A DNA stretch of 64,000 nt from an uncultured Methanomicrobiales archaeon. GTDB taxonomy: Archaea > Halobacteriota > Methanomicrobia > Methanomicrobiales > Methanospirillaceae. The position numbers and the translations under genes are program-made. This document shows positions 60,792 to 64,000 of this stretch, piece after piece; position 1 is the stretch's first letter; the number at the start of each line of letters is the position of its first letter. Below the pieces are notes generated by a model. That model was not told the DNA's origin and made no database searches. It was given only the letters and a program-made list of their open reading frames with translations. The stretch is from NCBI GenBank assembly GCA_963697895.1, contig OY969100.1:160001-224000 (forward strand). Direction: 5' to 3'.

Positions 60792-61871
60792 TCACTCCTG
60801 GTAGAGCATCTTCACGAGGTGCTCTGCCGATTCCCGCGTGAGCCCCATATCGAGTATGGTGAGACGCTCAGGGCGAATAGTCTTTGCCGTCATGAGCGCG
60901 TCCGCGACGGTGTCGTCCGGGATGCCGAGCTCCTGCGGCGTAACAGGGGCTCCGATAGTCCGGAGCGCCCCGCGAATCGCCCGCCAGTCGCCCCCGTGGA
61001 GGTACATGCAGATGATCGTCCCGATCCCGCAGGCCTCGCCATGGAGCGCCTTCCCCGGGCATAACCGCTCGAGGGCGTGCCCGAACTTATGCTCCCCGCC
61101 GCTCCCCGGACGGGAGGAACCGGCGATGCTCATCGCCACCCCGGAAGATACCAGGGCATTGGTGACGAACCGGGCGCTCTCCTCGTGATGGGGTTTAATC
61201 CCCGTGGCGTTGTTCATGACGAGCTCCGCGGTCATCCGGGAGAGGGAGACGGCATACTCGCTCACCCGTTCCCCGGTCAGCCGGTGCGAGAGGTCCCAGT
61301 CGAGGACAGCGGTATAGTTGGAGAGAACGTCGGCACAGCCCGCGGCGAGGAGCCGGTGGGGTGCGGCCGCGATGATCGCGGTGTCGGCGACGATCGCGAT
61401 CGGCGGGGCCGCCTGGAGGGAGCTGGCGCCGCCCTCCATCGGCACGGACGCCCGGGAAGAGGCGATCCCGTCATGGGATGCGGCCGTCGGCACGCTGATG
61501 AACGGGTGGTCGAGGTTGTAGGAGACGATCTTCGCCGTATCGATCACCCGGCCGCCGCCGACCCCGACGAGGAAATCGACCCCGGCGGCCGCCTCTTCCG
61601 CCTCGCGGATGATCGCCGGGCTGATCACCGGGGCGATGAACGAGCGGACCTCGTGGTCCTTCGAGAGGAGGTCGATCACCTGTTCCCCGGCAAACCCGAG
61701 CGTATGCGACCCGGTTATGACGAGGACCGACCGCCCCATGCAGAGGTCGTGGGCGACGTCCGGCAGGTTCGGGAGGGCGTCGTGCCCGATGATCACGGTC
61801 CGCGGGAGCTGTAACCACCGCGATTTATCGATGATCTTCTCTTTCAGAACATTTATGCCATCGCCGCTCAT
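60792..61871 (-). CDS. egsA: NAD(P)-dependent sn-glycerol-1-phosphate dehydrogenase
   Basis: GGGRVID, PTAASHDG, SSRPGSG.EH..H, LHGE.CG. Confidence 0.96.
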   Translation of the reverse strand: MSGDGINVLKEKIIDKSRWLQLPRTVIIGHDALPNLPDVAHDLCMGRSVLVITGSHTLGFAGEQVIDLLSKDHEVRSFIAPVISPAIIREAEEAAAGVDFLVGVGGGRVIDTAKIVSYNLDHPFISVPTAASHDGIASSRASVPMEGGASSLQAAPPIAIVADTAIIAAAPHRLLAAGCADVLSNYTAVLDWDLSHRLTGERVSEYAVSLSRMTAELVMNNATGIKPHHEESARFVTNALVSSGVAMSIAGSSRPGSGGEHKFGHALERLCPGKALHGEACGIGTIICMYLHGGDWRAIRGALRTIGAPVTPQELGIPDDTVADALMTAKTIRPERLTILDMGLTRESAEHLVKMLYQE

Positions 61872-61882
61872 TAAACTCAGGA

Positions 61883-62725
61883 GTGATTAGGGAATTCATA
61901 TACAAATACTACATCGATCCGATACGCTACGGCCAGGCCTATACGATCGTCGATACCCTGACTTACGCGATCATTCTCATCATCGCCCTCTACGGGATCT
62001 ACCGGTTCCTCCGGTCCGTCGGGATCCCGGTGGACCGGCGGTTCGTCCTCGCGACCCTCCCGTACGTGGTGCTCGGCGGACTCGCCCGGGTCGTCCAGGA
62101 CACGGGGATGATCCAGTCGGATATCCAGTTCCTCCTTGTCACCCCGCTCATCTACATCCTCCTCTTCATCATCACCGTCATAGCCCTCTTCTTCTCGGTG
62201 CTCCTCCAGAAATACGGGATTATTAAGGATTACATCCCCCTCTACGCCCTCATCGGGATCGGCGGGTGTATCCTCACCGCAGGGGTGCTCGTGAGCTACG
62301 GCCTTTCGCACCAGATCGTACCGGCGGTCGTGGGGATCATCATCGGGCTTGCGCTGGTCGCGTCCGGGCTGACCTACGGCGCGATGCGGTACCTGCTCCG
62401 GTGGAAGTATGCCGCGGATCCTCTCTATATCGCCCTGATCTTCGGCCAGATGCTCGACGCGAGCGCCACGTACTACGGCATCGACCTCCACCCGCTCGTC
62501 TACGTGGAGCAGCATGTCGTGGGCTCCGGCCTGATCGCGCTGACCGGCACGGCCTTCGTGATGTACCCGCTGAAGCTCCTCGTCCTCTTCCCGGGCATCT
62601 ACATCCTCGAGCGGTTCCGGAACGAGGGGTCATCCGATCTCTGGCACCTGATCCTTCTCGCGATGATCACCGTCGGGCTTGCGCCCGGGGTGCGGGACAT
62701 GGTGCGGATGATGCTCTATGTCTGA
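61883..62725 (+). CDS. DUF63 family membrane protein
   Basis: YYIDPI, LVTPLIY, LDASAT..G, EQHV, GLAPGVRD. Confidence 0.88.
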   Translation: MIREFIYKYYIDPIRYGQAYTIVDTLTYAIILIIALYGIYRFLRSVGIPVDRRFVLATLPYVVLGGLARVVQDTGMIQSDIQFLLVTPLIYILLFIITVIALFFSVLLQKYGIIKDYIPLYALIGIGGCILTAGVLVSYGLSHQIVPAVVGIIIGLALVASGLTYGAMRYLLRWKYAADPLYIALIFGQMLDASATYYGIDLHPLVYVEQHVVGSGLIALTGTAFVMYPLKLLVLFPGIYILERFRNEGSSDLWHLILLAMITVGLAPGVRDMVRMMLYV

Positions 62726-62775
62726 ACCGGGTGCCCGCGGTATGAACGGTCCGCGGTTCGCGGGAGTGATGCGCT

Positions 62776-63357
62776 ATGTATGACCAGGGTGCGGCTGATC
62801 GGCGGTTTCCGATCGCGGTCTTAAACATCGCGATCCTCTTCGGGGCCGCCCTTGTCGCCGGTGTCCTGATCGCGATGGAGAACCCGGACTTCGGTACGAT
62901 GCTCCTCGACCTCTTCAGGGAGACGATCATGGGCGGGCTCGAGGATGCGGCCCCGCCGGTCCTCGCCGTCGGGATCTTTTTGAACAACCTGCAGGCATGC
63001 ATCCTCCTCTTCCTCGGGGGTGCATCCTTCGGTATCCTGACGGTCATCATCCTCGGGAGCAACGGGGTGATCATCGGGGCGATCATGGAGGTCGTCCAGC
63101 AGGAGAAGGGGACGCTCTTTGTCGCCGCCGCGATCCTCCCCCACGGGGTCTTCGAGATCCCGGCGTTCATCATCTCCGGGGCCCTGGGGTTCATGCTCGC
63201 CGGATCCCTCTGGCGGGAGTGGCAGGGGAAGGAGGACGCGGCCCGGGAAGCTGCACGCTCTGCCCGGCTTTTCATCACCGTTGTCGTCCCCATTGTCGCG
63301 GCCGCGGCTGTTATAGAGGCATTTATCACACCGGAGATCATACATCTGGTGTCATAA
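62776..63357 (+). CDS. SpoIIM/DUF95 family membrane protein
   Basis: IFLNN, NG..IG, ILPHGVFEIPA, AA.IEAFITP. Confidence 0.88.
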   Translation: MYDQGAADRRFPIAVLNIAILFGAALVAGVLIAMENPDFGTMLLDLFRETIMGGLEDAAPPVLAVGIFLNNLQACILLFLGGASFGILTVIILGSNGVIIGAIMEVVQQEKGTLFVAAAILPHGVFEIPAFIISGALGFMLAGSLWREWQGKEDAAREAARSARLFITVVVPIVAAAAVIEAFITPEIIHLVS

Positions 63358-63372
63358 GGAGAACCGGGCCGG

Positions 63373-64000
63373 ATGGAGGAAGAACAGGGCGCATTGCCGC
63401 CGAAATCGGATTTTAGCGCGTGGTACAACGAACTGCTCTGGCGTGCGGAGATCATGGATGTCCGGTACCCGGTCAAGGGGCTCTACGTCTGGTTCCCGTT
63501 CGGGTTTGCGCTGCGGAAAGCGGTGTACGGCCGGCTCCGCGAGCTGATGGACCGGGAGCACCAGGAGGCGCTCTTCCCCCTCCTGATCCCGGAGCACGAG
63601 TTCATGAAGGAGGCGGAGCACATCAAGGGGTTCGAGGACGAGGTCTACTGGGTGACCCGCGGCGGGAATACCCCCCTCGATGTCCCGCTCGCCCTCCGGC
63701 CGACGAGCGAATGCGCGATCTACCCGATGTACGCCCTGTGGGTCCGGTCGCACGCCGATCTCCCCCTGAAGATCTACCAGGTCGTGAACACGTTCCGGTA
63801 CGAGACGAAGCATACCCGCCCCCTCATCCGGCTCCGCGAGATCACCTCCTTCAAGGAGGCCCACACGGTCCATGCGACCTGGGCGGAGGCGGAGGCGCAG
63901 GTCGCGACGGCGCTCTCCCTCTACGCCGAGTTCTACGAGAGCCTCTGCATCCCGGTCATCGTCTGCCGGCGGCCCGACTGGGACAAGTTCCCGGGGGCGG
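63373..64000 (+). CDS. proS: Proline--tRNA ligase (archaeal type), truncated by window edge
   Basis: Not in the ORF track (no stop in window). [20 protein letters not shown]...YPVKG...[15 protein letters not shown]...LRPTSE...DLPLKIYQ...[16 protein letters not shown]. Confidence 0.96.
   Translation, partial: MEEEQGALPPKSDFSAWYNELLWRAEIMDVRYPVKGLYVWFPFGFALRKAVYGRLRELMDREHQEALFPLLIPEHEFMKEAEHIKGFEDEVYWVTRGGNTPLDVPLALRPTSECAIYPMYALWVRSHADLPLKIYQVVNTFRYETKHTRPLIRLREITSFKEAHTVHATWAEAEAQVATALSLYAEFYESLCIPVIVCRRPDWDKFPGA

Overview
Chromosomal segment of a methanogenic euryarchaeon, most likely Methanomicrobiales (Methanoregulaceae/Methanolinea-like; inferred from gene content and protein style, no database search). 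Bases 1-12 kb are a visibly lower-GC, mixed-orientation surface-glycan island that ends at tRNA-Gln(TTG). It holds the tail of a chorismate-binding enzyme, an SDR, a bacterial-type GpsA-like dehydrogenase, an acyltransferase, GT4/GT2 glycosyltransferases, an epimerase and an asparagine-synthase-like protein. Bases 12-19.7 kb are accessory genes. The rest is GC-rich core genome: TFE-beta/RPC34-like + Lsm, a radical SAM enzyme, fbp, cdc48, thiC, nrdG, rnz, a RecJ-like nuclease, tRNA-Pro(GGG), cbiMNQO-cbiTLFGHCDE, a site-2 protease, rnhB, GGR + ferredoxin, the priS-GINS-rpl44e-rps27e-aIF2a-nop10-PAC2 cluster, elp3, egsA and proS. The most striking unexplained structure is at least 8 unrelated intergenic tandem arrays (units 34-117 bp). 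Four are demonstrably built from the adjacent gene's own stop-codon region or gene-gene junction, and two contain the adjacent gene's putative TATA box. The nop10/PAC2 array forms a chain of ATGA-coupled mini-ORFs. About ten single-base frameshifts, almost all +1 insertions and five of them in cdc48, are most likely sequencing errors. No transposase, integrase, cas gene or CRISPR array was seen.
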